From a virus (Duplodnaviria; Caudoviricetes): 64,000 bases of DNA. The notes under the pieces are model-generated. The model did not search any database. It was not told the DNA's origin and saw only the letters and a program-made list of their open reading frames with translations. The stretch lies in IMG/VR virus record IMGVR_UViG_3300027608_000010. One strand, 5' to 3'. Numbering within the stretch: the stretch's first letter is position 1; every line of letters starts with the position of its first letter. Below, piece after piece: positions 9,736 through 19,000 of the stretch. The position numbers and the translations under genes are program-made.

Positions 9736-9743
9736 TATTTATC
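9736..9743 (-). promoter_or_regulatory. T4-late-like promoter GATAAATA
   Basis: Reverse strand reads GATAAATA...TTAGGAG...ATG of the nuclease. Confidence 0.65.
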
Positions 9744-11040
9744 AACGATGCTTCATTATCCTACGCATGGTAGCTAAGTCATCATCACCTTCTTGTACTG
9801 GTTCTTCGCCTGTTGCAGGTGCTGCCGATGCTGCCGCCGGTGCTGCTGTAGGTGCTGTTGTAGGTGCTGTTGTAGGTGCTGCCGGTGGCTGAGATAACGT
9901 TCCAGTTGGCGCAGCCTGAGGTTTCATTGTAGCACCTACAGGTACGTTATTCATCGGAACCTTAAAAAGTTGTCCAAGTGAATTGCCATTGGCATCTAGT
10001 GGTACAGCATGATCACCTTGTTGCTGATAATTGGTGTATTTTGGTTTTACTATTGCATCTTTGGGTAGGTAATCTTTATATGTTTTAAATAAACCTTGTC
10101 TAACACCATTTGGGCTAACAGGAATAGCAGTGTCACCATCTTGTTCCCAATAGTCTATTGGTCCTATACCATTTTCATCGTCATCAACTTCATCTAATTC
10201 TTGTGTTCCGTAAGCAAGTCTACGCATTTCTTCTAATTCATAATCACCTTCTGCGAGTCCAGGTTGACCTGCATATGCATTTCCTTTACCAAAAGCTACG
10301 GATGCTTTATAAGCAGGGGCACTTGCAGTATCATTTGCTACGTCAGGCGCCGCCGCGTATGCACTTCCTTTACCAAAAGCTACGGATGCTTTATTAGGGT
10401 CACTTGCAGGACTTGCAGTAGGTGTACTAACAGGTGCTGTTGCAGTTGGAGTCTGCGCCGCCGCCGGCTGAGGAATGTTAACTGCTGTTGGGCTGTTTGG
10501 TACATTTGTAAATGCCGACACACCAGGTAGTCTGTTGGGTTGTGGCGCAACAGTGTTTCTTACATTAGTTTGAGTTTGAGCTAGTGCGGGTGCATTTGAT
10601 GCCATTGGAGGCAATTGCTTGCTCTGTATATTAGTAGGTTCGTTTGGCAACGGAACCGGTAAACTTCCGGGTTTGACATTATCGTAATCGCTAAATTTTT
10701 TACCTGAAGAATCTTTACCTAAATCAACAGGTTTGAAAATGTGGTTAGTAAATCGATTCCATACACCTTTGGCGGTGTCTAAATTATTCTGGCCATCAGT
10801 TTCACGTGCAACTGCTTGCTGTTGAGCTACAGCATCGCCCGGATATGTCTTGCCTCTGTTGCCAGGTTGATTGGACCATTCAATTTCGTTGTCGGATCTA
10901 GTTCGTAGTTTTCCACCTCCGGTATTCCATGTTTGTCCAGGAGTACCACTGCCTACTTCTCCGCGGTCTTCACCAAGAGGAACAACTGCTGTCAGTTTGT
11001 CAAGTATTGCTATATATTCTTTTACGTATTGTGAGTTCAT
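9742..11040 (-). CDS. Low-complexity modular protein, probable internal head protein
   Basis: Start moved to ATG 11040 (AAGGA SD, late box upstream); LGE/LAE/LDE/VQE sites; LEEMRRLAYG helix; internal repeats. Confidence 0.65.
   Translation of the reverse strand: MNSQYVKEYIAILDKLTAVVPLGEDRGEVGSGTPGQTWNTGGGKLRTRSDNEIEWSNQPGNRGKTYPGDAVAQQQAVARETDGQNNLDTAKGVWNRFTNHIFKPVDLGKDSSGKKFSDYDNVKPGSLPVPLPNEPTNIQSKQLPPMASNAPALAQTQTNVRNTVAPQPNRLPGVSAFTNVPNSPTAVNIPQPAAAQTPTATAPVSTPTASPASDPNKASVAFGKGSAYAAAPDVANDTASAPAYKASVAFGKGNAYAGQPGLAEGDYELEEMRRLAYGTQELDEVDDDENGIGPIDYWEQDGDTAIPVSPNGVRQGLFKTYKDYLPKDAIVKPKYTNYQQQGDHAVPLDANGNSLGQLFKVPMNNVPVGATMKPQAAPTGTLSQPPAAPTTAPTTAPTAAPAAASAAPATGEEPVQEGDDDLATMRRIMKHR
9839..9880. 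repeat. 12-nt tandem repeat GGTGCTGTTGTA (about 3.5 copies; APTT on the minus strand)
   Basis: Read directly. Confidence 0.75.
10281..10394. repeat. 30-bp perfect direct repeat, 84-nt period
   Basis: TTCCTTTACCAAAAGCTACGGATGCTTTAT at 10281-10310 and 10365-10394 (KASVAFGKG twice). Confidence 0.9.
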
Positions 11041-11061
11041 GCTGATCCTTGGAAGTATAAA

Positions 11062-11078
11062 GTATTTATGATAAATAC
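11062..11078. promoter_or_regulatory. Palindromic back-to-back late promoters
   Basis: GTATTTAT-G-ATAAATAC perfect inverted repeat between divergent genes. Confidence 0.65.
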
Positions 11079-11101
11079 AATATTGCTTTGACTTAGTGAG
11101 C

Positions 11102-11109
11102 GATAAATA
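11102..11109 (+). promoter_or_regulatory. Late promoter GATAAATA
   Basis: About 20 nt upstream of ATG 11129. Confidence 0.6.
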
Positions 11110-11128
11110 TATTATAACGGAAAGACAC

Positions 11129-11962
11129 ATGGCTACCACACACGTGCTAGAATTAATCGATATAGGTGATTTACCCAATGACGGGACGGGCGATCCATTA
11201 CGAGTTGCCTTTCAAAAGATTAACACAAATTTTGAAAGTATCCCATTATTAAATCAGGGCGGTGCAAATCAATCAATACAGTTCAATAATGATGGACTTA
11301 GCGGTGGTACAGCAAATCTACTATATGACACACCAAATAATGCAATAAAGTTAAATACCGATATTATACCAATAACTACAAATGTAGTTGACATAGGTAG
11401 TAATACCAAAGTAATCTCTAATATTTGGCTAAACAAATTGGATTCATTTCACTTAGGAAATGTAACTATCGGTGAAATTAACAATATTCTTAACATTTTT
11501 AAAACAGGTGACAAGACTTCACAGTCAGATTTACAAGTTGGAAATATTTATGCAACAGGTGAGATCATTGCCATTGGTAATGTTACTTCTACCGGTGATA
11601 TTACTATTAACGGTGGTATTAATCTTTCTAATATATCAATTAATACAGCAAATGTAACCACAACTAGTAACACTGCTAATCAAATTGTATATCAATTGCC
11701 GCAAGTAAATTTTACAACATTGAGATTACAAATTACATCTCATAGACCTGACACCAATGATAGTCAAAGTGTATCCATGACTGTTAATAAAAGAACTGAT
11801 GGAATTCAAGCTAAACACACGGTGTTTGGTACTGTTTTTAACGGTACTCCTCTAACAAGATATAATGCAGATATTTCATTTGGTAATGTGCGAATAATGG
11901 TATCACCAATACCAAATGTAGAAATAATACATTTGGTATCTTTCCTTAACGATGTAGCATAA
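11129..11962 (+). CDS. Virion baseplate/tail-fibre-type structural protein
   Basis: N-terminal NDGTGDPLRVAFQKINTNF motif typical of T4-like gp9/gp10-type anchors; N/T-rich beta repeats; start moved to ATG 11129. Confidence 0.7.
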   Translation: MATTHVLELIDIGDLPNDGTGDPLRVAFQKINTNFESIPLLNQGGANQSIQFNNDGLSGGTANLLYDTPNNAIKLNTDIIPITTNVVDIGSNTKVISNIWLNKLDSFHLGNVTIGEINNILNIFKTGDKTSQSDLQVGNIYATGEIIAIGNVTSTGDITINGGINLSNISINTANVTTTSNTANQIVYQLPQVNFTTLRLQITSHRPDTNDSQSVSMTVNKRTDGIQAKHTVFGTVFNGTPLTRYNADISFGNVRIMVSPIPNVEIIHLVSFLNDVA

Positions 11963-11963
11963 G

Positions 11964-12350
11964 ATGAGAGCAAATGAATTTATGGCTGAATCAAGCCAAA
12001 AGAAAGTTTCTAAAAGACAATCTCAATCAACCAAGGGACTGAATACATACGGTGATAGTGAACATGTTAGTGGTGATTATACTGCATATCGTTTAGGCAT
12101 GGCTGTAGCAGGTGCAAACGGAAAAGATCCACTTCAAATGCCAGCAAAAAGTTGGGTAGGTAAGAACAAGTCAACTCATCCTTATACACAGCAAGAACAA
12201 GATATGTTAAAACAAGCATACAAAGCTGTTGGTGCAGAGTATAAAGATTTAAATCACGGTGACATGAGAAGTAAAGAACTTGATGACACACATAAAACTA
12301 GCCCAATCTTAGGATTTGCAGGCTACGGCGCAAAATCTAAGAAAAAATAA
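11964..12350 (+). CDS. Putative internal head protein with capsid-targeting-like N-terminus
   Basis: Starts MRANEFMAE (compare T4 IP CTS MKTYQEFIAE); basic. Confidence 0.6.
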   Translation: MRANEFMAESSQKKVSKRQSQSTKGLNTYGDSEHVSGDYTAYRLGMAVAGANGKDPLQMPAKSWVGKNKSTHPYTQQEQDMLKQAYKAVGAEYKDLNHGDMRSKELDDTHKTSPILGFAGYGAKSKKK

Positions 12351-12397
12351 TATCAACATTTCTCTGCATAAGTAATTGATACTTTGTAGAGAGAAAT

Positions 12398-13075
12398 ATG
12401 ATCGATATTAACAAAACCCTAGATTTAATTAAATTAAAATTTTACAATGAGTGGCTCTATACAGCGCACATGAGTGAGCAGGAACTCCCTGAATACCATA
12501 GAGATTTAACAAATAAAATGGTGGAAAATTATATTGATCCACTTAACTTACCCAAAGATTCCATTATCCTAGACATGGGATGTGGTTCTGGTTATTTCTT
12601 AGATATAATGAAAGAACGAGGATATACTAATCTTACTGGTATTACACTAAGTCTAACTGAAACTAAAATTTGTAAAGATAAAGGTCATAATATTAAAAAT
12701 TATGATATGACCTGTGTACCACAAAAAGAAGGATATTATGATGAGAGTGTAGACTTTATTTTTTGTAGACAGACAATTGAACATAGTCCATATCCAATTA
12801 TTACATTAGCTGAATTCAATCGATTGCTAAAAGAAAAGGGTAAAATCTACATAGAAACTCCACAACCTGACACAGAACTTAACCACGAATATAATCCTAA
12901 CAAATATAGTGTGCTTGGAGTTAAACAATGGGATGCGTTATTAAGCCGTGCAGGATTTTCTATTACATCATCAAACACTGTTGAATTTGATGTAGACCGT
13001 TCTGACGGGACTAAACTCCGTGACAAATATATGGTCATGACAGCATATAAACGTTGTCCGTTAGATATTAAATAA
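12398..13075 (+). CDS. Class I SAM-dependent methyltransferase (small-molecule/glycan type)
   Basis: ILDMGCGSG motif I, VDFIFCRQTIEHS, LKEKGKIYI; no DNA-MTase catalytic motif. Confidence 0.8.
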   Translation: MIDINKTLDLIKLKFYNEWLYTAHMSEQELPEYHRDLTNKMVENYIDPLNLPKDSIILDMGCGSGYFLDIMKERGYTNLTGITLSLTETKICKDKGHNIKNYDMTCVPQKEGYYDESVDFIFCRQTIEHSPYPIITLAEFNRLLKEKGKIYIETPQPDTELNHEYNPNKYSVLGVKQWDALLSRAGFSITSSNTVEFDVDRSDGTKLRDKYMVMTAYKRCPLDIK

Positions 13076-13081
13076 TTCCTG

Positions 13082-13088
13082 CTAAATA
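13082..13088 (+). promoter_or_regulatory. Late promoter variant CTAAATA, leaderless arrangement
   Basis: 5 nt before ATG 13094; no SD. Confidence 0.5.
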
Positions 13089-13093
13089 CATAC

Positions 13094-13375
13094 ATGACTT
13101 TTAATGTATGGACACAAGCTAAAATAATGAACGGGTTTGAGAAAATCAAATCCGTTCCTTCACGTGAAGAAAACGTTGACACAACCCTAGAAGATCTTAA
13201 AAGACTCAGCGGAATTACTACCCAAGTTCTTGGAGAAGAAAGTAATATAAGTATTACTGGAAATGAAAAGGGTCAACTAATGAAGAAACATAACATACAA
13301 CCCGGAACTCCTGAATGGTTCCAGTTATGGTTTAGTAGACCATACTTAACCGGCGAAAAGCCTGTAGGAAAATAA
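13094..13375 (+). CDS. Hypothetical late protein with LEDLKRLSGI helix motif
   Basis: 93 aa; motif shared with the polyproteins. Confidence 0.65.
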   Translation: MTFNVWTQAKIMNGFEKIKSVPSREENVDTTLEDLKRLSGITTQVLGEESNISITGNEKGQLMKKHNIQPGTPEWFQLWFSRPYLTGEKPVGK

Positions 13376-13376
13376 C

Positions 13377-14414
13377 ATGGCACTAAACGGAATATCAACC
13401 CTGATGATAGCAAGTGGGACTACTCTCACAAAAAATGTCAATCCACCGCATTCTAATACTGAGATTGTTGCTCCTTTCTCAGCTATTTGGAGTTTAAATT
13501 ATGTGGGTGCCTTAGGGGCAACAAATGATGTCTCATACAAATTATATGTAACATCGTTGGGAATAGGCTCCGCTATCACATTGACCAGCCATTATGGTGA
13601 TTTTTCAGTACTAGCAGGCGAATTCTTGTATGATACATATGGAGCCAGCCTTGGCATTATAAAGGGTAATACCACAATAGACAATTACATGGCAAAAGCC
13701 GCGGCTGTTTGCGGTGCATTTACTAATCCACTAATTGAAACAGTAATAAATGTCGCAACATACAAAGGCACCTGGAACGCTTTTACTAACACTCCTACAC
13801 TGACTGATGGTGTTGGCACAGAAGGTGATGCTTACGATACAACAGTTGCTGGAACCAGCGGCGCCTTTCCTGCGTATGCTGAACAAGACTGGCGCATCTA
13901 CGCTGCTGGTGTTTGGCAAAGAGTTGCTAAAACAACAACAACACAATGGACTGTAACACCAGCCACCGGTGGACTAGCAGACAAAGAGGCTAGACAGATT
14001 GCTAAACTTGACTTGGCAGAAACAAATAGAGCCGCAGTGGGAAACCCTAGAGCAACCTATGATATTACACAACTACCAACACAGTATGACGGCAGTATTA
14101 TTGTTGACAACCCAAACATCGGTGGTCTATTTCGAGGACGTCCTTGGGCGACTTCACAGGTATACACAGGCTTGATTTTTACCTATGGTCAAGCTACAAT
14201 CAGTTTTACACTAGCTGACGGAATTTTTTACAATGTCACTTGTCCGTATGGTGCTGGCGGATATCCTTTTGGGCCAGGCGTTGACCCAGTAATTATAATG
14301 CCAGGAAATCAACTCACTGGCGGAACTACACCAGCCAATGACATATATTGGGAATACACCGCAGTTGGCGGAGTAATAACTGGATTTACTTATAGATCAG
14401 GTACTCCTCCTTAA
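13377..14414 (+). CDS. Mosaic virion structural protein
   Basis: 345 aa, T/G/A-rich; contains a YKGTWNAFTNTPTL...QDWRIYAAGVWQ fibre-type module. Confidence 0.6.
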   Translation: MALNGISTLMIASGTTLTKNVNPPHSNTEIVAPFSAIWSLNYVGALGATNDVSYKLYVTSLGIGSAITLTSHYGDFSVLAGEFLYDTYGASLGIIKGNTTIDNYMAKAAAVCGAFTNPLIETVINVATYKGTWNAFTNTPTLTDGVGTEGDAYDTTVAGTSGAFPAYAEQDWRIYAAGVWQRVAKTTTTQWTVTPATGGLADKEARQIAKLDLAETNRAAVGNPRATYDITQLPTQYDGSIIVDNPNIGGLFRGRPWATSQVYTGLIFTYGQATISFTLADGIFYNVTCPYGAGGYPFGPGVDPVIIMPGNQLTGGTTPANDIYWEYTAVGGVITGFTYRSGTPP

Positions 14415-14438
14415 TTAGTGTTGAAGTAGTGCGACTTC

Positions 14439-14446
14439 AATAAATA
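14439..14446 (+). promoter_or_regulatory. Late promoter AATAAATA, leaderless arrangement
   Basis: 5 nt before terminase ATG 14452; preceded by a TTGAAGT/ACTTCAA hairpin. Confidence 0.55.
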
Positions 14447-14451
14447 AGTAT

Positions 14452-15999
14452 ATGAGTAATTCACCCACCCTAGTTAAAGACCCTTATGTTAAGACAAAGT
14501 TTAAGGACGACAAAGAACTAGACGATTTCATCAAGTGCTGTGACCCTGACACGGGTCATCTATACTTCATGGATAACTTCTTTATGATTCAACACCCTAC
14601 TAAGGGTTCAATGGTCTATCATCCTTGGGGATATCAAAAACGATTGATTGAAACATATCATCAATATCGTTTCAGTATCGCATTGATGCCGCGGCAGTCA
14701 GGTAAATCTACATCAGCCGCAGGTTATTTACTATGGTATGCAATGTTTGTTCCAGACAGTACGATTCTTATTGCGGCTCACAAATACACAGGTGCTCAGG
14801 AAATTATGCAACGTATACGTTACGCATATGAAAATTGTCCTGATCACATCAAAGCAGGTGTAACAACATATAACAAAGGCTCATTAGACTTTGAAAACGG
14901 CAGTCGTATTGTATCAGCAACAACTACTGAAAATACTGGTCGTGGTATGTCTATCACATTATTATACTTAGACGAGTTTGCATTCGTGCGCCCAAGTATT
15001 GCAAAAGAGTTTTGGACTGCTATTACTCCTACATTGTCAACTGGTGGTAAAGCAATTATTACTAGTACACCCAATAGTGATGAGGATCAATTTGCTTTCA
15101 TCTGGAAAGGCGCAAACAAAACAGAAGATGAGTTTGGTAATAAGACTGAGATAGGTGTAAACGGATTCAGAGCATATCAAGCACATTGGAGTGAACAGCC
15201 CGGACGTGATGATAAATGGGCCGGGGAAATGAAAGCACAACTCGGTGAAGATAGATTCCGCCGAGAGATTGGTTGCGAATTTTTAATTGCTGATGAGACA
15301 TTGATTAATCCTAACACACTGATTGATTTAAAGGGCAATGAACCAACACATCGTATTGGACAGATTCGTTGGTACAAGCGTCCTGAGAAGGGTAATGTTT
15401 ATGCTGTAGGATTAGATCCAAGTCTTGGTACAGGTAGTGACCCATCAGCTATTCAAATCTTTGAAGCAAACACAACAACTCAGATTGGTGAGTGGAAACA
15501 TAACCGTACTGATATTCCAAGTCAGATTAAATTGTTAGCACAGATTAACAGATACATTGTTGAATGTACTAATGAACCAAACAGTATCTACTACAGTATT
15601 GAGAATAATACAATTGGTGAGGCTGCATTGATTTCACTACATGAGTTTGGTGAAAGTAATATACCGGGTATCTTTATCTCTGAGCCCGGAAAAAAGCGCA
15701 AAGGCTTTAACACCACACAGAAATCTAAATTGGCTGCTTGTGCTAAGTTTAAGACATTACTAGAGAGTAAAAAAATGACCATCAACAGTCATAGTCTAAT
15801 CAGTGAATTAAAAGCATTTGTAGCCCATGGTGGAAGCTATGCGGCTAAGATCGGAGATACTGATGACTTGGTCATGGCCTCATTATTATCAGTCAGAGTA
15901 ATGCAACAATTAAGTGAATATCATGTAGATTTAGACAATCATTTACGTGACCATGAAGAATTTATATCTCCATTGCCCTTCTTTGCGGTGATAAGTTAA
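14452..15999 (+). CDS. terL: Terminase large subunit (T4 gp17-like)
   Basis: PRQSGKS Walker A, LLYLDEFAF Walker B, ITSTPN motif III, GLDPSLG and DDLVMA nuclease aspartates. Confidence 0.95.
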   Translation: MSNSPTLVKDPYVKTKFKDDKELDDFIKCCDPDTGHLYFMDNFFMIQHPTKGSMVYHPWGYQKRLIETYHQYRFSIALMPRQSGKSTSAAGYLLWYAMFVPDSTILIAAHKYTGAQEIMQRIRYAYENCPDHIKAGVTTYNKGSLDFENGSRIVSATTTENTGRGMSITLLYLDEFAFVRPSIAKEFWTAITPTLSTGGKAIITSTPNSDEDQFAFIWKGANKTEDEFGNKTEIGVNGFRAYQAHWSEQPGRDDKWAGEMKAQLGEDRFRREIGCEFLIADETLINPNTLIDLKGNEPTHRIGQIRWYKRPEKGNVYAVGLDPSLGTGSDPSAIQIFEANTTTQIGEWKHNRTDIPSQIKLLAQINRYIVECTNEPNSIYYSIENNTIGEAALISLHEFGESNIPGIFISEPGKKRKGFNTTQKSKLAACAKFKTLLESKKMTINSHSLISELKAFVAHGGSYAAKIGDTDDLVMASLLSVRVMQQLSEYHVDLDNHLRDHEEFISPLPFFAVIS

Positions 16000-16007
16000 C
16001 TTATATT

Positions 16008-16015
16008 GATAAATA
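16008..16015 (+). promoter_or_regulatory. Late promoter GATAAATA, leaderless arrangement
   Basis: GATAAATA-CACT-ATG. Confidence 0.65.
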
Positions 16016-16019
16016 CACT

Positions 16020-19000
16020 ATGTCCAAAGAACAAGAATCCCTTAAAACCGAAATTTATGGCTTACTTAAGAGCCGCGGGTTAAATCCCGTAAGTAAAGAT
16101 AGCTCAGGAGATACTGTACCTATCCCCACAGAAGCAGAAGTCTTTGAATTTATGTTCAGCAAAGACGGAAAAGACTATGGTAAAGTTTGGGTAACACTTG
16201 ATGGTTTACAACAGTTAATAGTTTATTTTGGTAAAGATGTAGCTGACAGTCCAAAGAACGGATCAGAAGATAGTAATTCATGGTCACAATTACATAGAGC
16301 ATTAAGCAGATTCGCAACAGGAAGACAACTTAGTTTTGAACTGAGTGATCAATCTAATTTAGAGGCAGATATGGCAAAAAGAGAACACACAAAAAGAGAA
16401 GAACAAGTCAATGAGGGTTATTATCCAATTGGCAAAAATGCTAGTGGTAACAACAATGTTCCATCAGTTACAATGCGTATTCAACATACTCGTCCGATTG
16501 AGGAAGGTGAGCAACGTTTTCGTAACATTGCACGAATCTTTGTTGAAAATCAAGATGGTGAAAGAATTCTATTACCAACGACAAAGCCAGGACTTGCACG
16601 TACATATGTAAGACATATTGCTGAAGGTGGTAAACCAAATGATGAACGTTGGAATCACTTAGGTAGTTTGTGTGAAGAATATCAAAAGATGGCAGGATTT
16701 GTTCGTGCCACTCGCAATGGACAGTTTAATGAATCAGCACAAAGTCTAGTTAATGAAGGTATTAATCATTATCAAAAACTACGTGAGACCTTAGGTAAAT
16801 TACAAGGTAAGCGTGGATACAATGAATACTTTGAAAGCTATACACCTGCATTAATGGAAGATGAAGAACAAGTTGACTTGAGCGAAATGTTTATGAGTTC
16901 AAGTTTAGATCCTCGCATTGAAAGTGTAATGCCAATATTAAGCAAACTTAGTAAGAATATTACTGAAACTAAAAAAGATATGGCAGAGACTATTGCTTTA
17001 GAAGAATGGGCTGATAGTTTAATGGATAGAACTTCTAATACAAATGAGGCACAATCTGCTAGTGTTCGTATGCAGAAAGCATTGCAACGTGAAAAAGAAA
17101 AACGTGAATATAGTCAACAATATGCCGAGAAGAATTTCCCAATAGGTAAGAACCCAGAACCAATCAAAGAGCCAAGCAAAGAAGTTAAAGAGGGCGACCA
17201 ACGTAAGTTAGATATTGTCAAACGTATGCACGGTATTCTAAGTAAAAATAAAGAACAAGGCATGGCCGAAGGCATAAATCCAAATGAGTTGCTTGGTTCT
17301 GTCTATGATTCAAAAAATAGATATTTAGGCACTTGGAACGGACAACGTTTAGTAATTGATCCTAGTGTCTGGAAGAAATGGAAAGATGAGAATGGTCAAG
17401 ACTGGGCCAGCGGTATGGTAGGGATGGCCAAAGATAGGATAGCATCCGGTGTATGGACAGTACAGCAACCAGAAGGTGTGGCAGAAGAAAGCAAATATTC
17501 TAACTTATCTAACCGCGGAGTAAATCGTGGAATAAATCGTGCCGCTGATGATTTTAACAGAATGCTGGACCTTGACCAAGCAGAATCACCACATTATAAA
17601 ACACAACATCAACAAGATACAAAGCAAAGACTAAAAACAAAACCCATGGCAGGTCCCAAAGGTATGTTACCAGAGCAGGGTGTGGCGGAAGGCCAGTTAG
17701 ACGAGATTGGTGATACCCCAGCCGGTCAAGCAGCCTTACAAAGGTATGGAAACAAGGCTCACGATCAAGTAGCCGCACATTGGAAACAAGTTCATAATAA
17801 GAGTCATTTGCCAACAGACACAAAGATGGCAAAGCGTAATTCAGGTACTGTTGCGGCAGACAATAGAATACACGGTTTCGGTATTGCTAAAAATCAACAA
17901 GATAAAGTCACGGATCGTTTTAAATATCGTGATGCTGTTGGTACAACTCATGTATATCAAAAAAACGATCCATTAGAACAAGGTGTGGGCGAAGGTATTG
18001 TACCAAAACCCTATATGCCTCCTGGACTAGCAAGCGCCACAACCCCTCCATCAGACAATACTTCTAGAGGATGGAAAGGCCATGAGTGGGATCCAGAACA
18101 AGATAATAATGTTGAACATTTGACTTTTCAAACTAGAATGCAAACAACAGAAAAACCAGGTATGAAACCCACTACTACTTATGATACGCAAAATACTTCA
18201 AGTAAAACCGGAATTACTTCAACCCATGAGGTTGATGTAGATGAAGGTCTATCAAGACTAAGAGAACTTGCAGGCGTGCAAGGTATGGCCGAAGCCGATC
18301 GTCCTGGATTGCCACCCAAACTCAATCCTCACGGAATGTCTCAAGCCCAGATTGATGATAGAATGACATCAGTTGGTTTTATTCCAGGAACACGTGACCA
18401 TGCTACAGCGGTGCAACTGTACAGGGCTGCAAACCCGAACACCGCTAGACCAGTGTCGAAACCACTTCCCCGCAGTGATATTCAAGGTACTGATGTTGGC
18501 CCGTTACCACTATCACCTTTAGGAAGAGGTCAAGATAATCCTCATTCTCCAGTAACAAATGTAGATGTATCTGGCAATTCACAAGGTACTGATGTTGGCC
18601 CGTTACCACTATCACCTTTAGGAAGAGGTCAAGATAATCCTTATTCTCCAGTAACAAATGTAGATGTATCTGGCAATTCACAACGTCCAGTTAGAGTTGA
18701 TGTCCGTGGATATGGACCTGAGCCTGATGAATTCGGTCGCCAGCACAACGGTAGCCATGAATCTGACATTGAGATGGAAGAAGGTGTGGCGGAAGCCGAC
18801 GATTTTGGTATAGGTCCTGGGGGTCCTCGTCAACCAGCTGGGCCAATTGGTACTGGTCCAGAAAGCATCCCCAACACAGGCGCTCCAGATGTTAAAAACT
18901 ATAAAGCTCCATTGACCGACAAGTATGGTTGGACTCCCGGATCAAAGGCAGGTGGATGGGACGCTGCTGGGCAACAAAAATACATAGATCGTACTGCCCC

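Noticed and set aside
12398-13075. DNA methyltransferase or restriction-modification role for the two MTases (also 47892-48512)
   Set aside because: Only the SAM-binding motif and an S/C-x-x-x-[LI]EH segment are present; no NPPY/DPPY or PC catalytic motif.
14421-14440. TTGAAGT/ACTTCAA hairpin as an independent ncRNA
   Set aside because: It is only a 7-bp AT-rich stem and is more simply a terminator or pause abutting the terL late box.
17253-18797. Linker repeats as a CRISPR-like or non-coding array
   Set aside because: Copies are degenerate, all in frame within a 1046-aa ORF, and separated by 200-500 nt of coding sequence.
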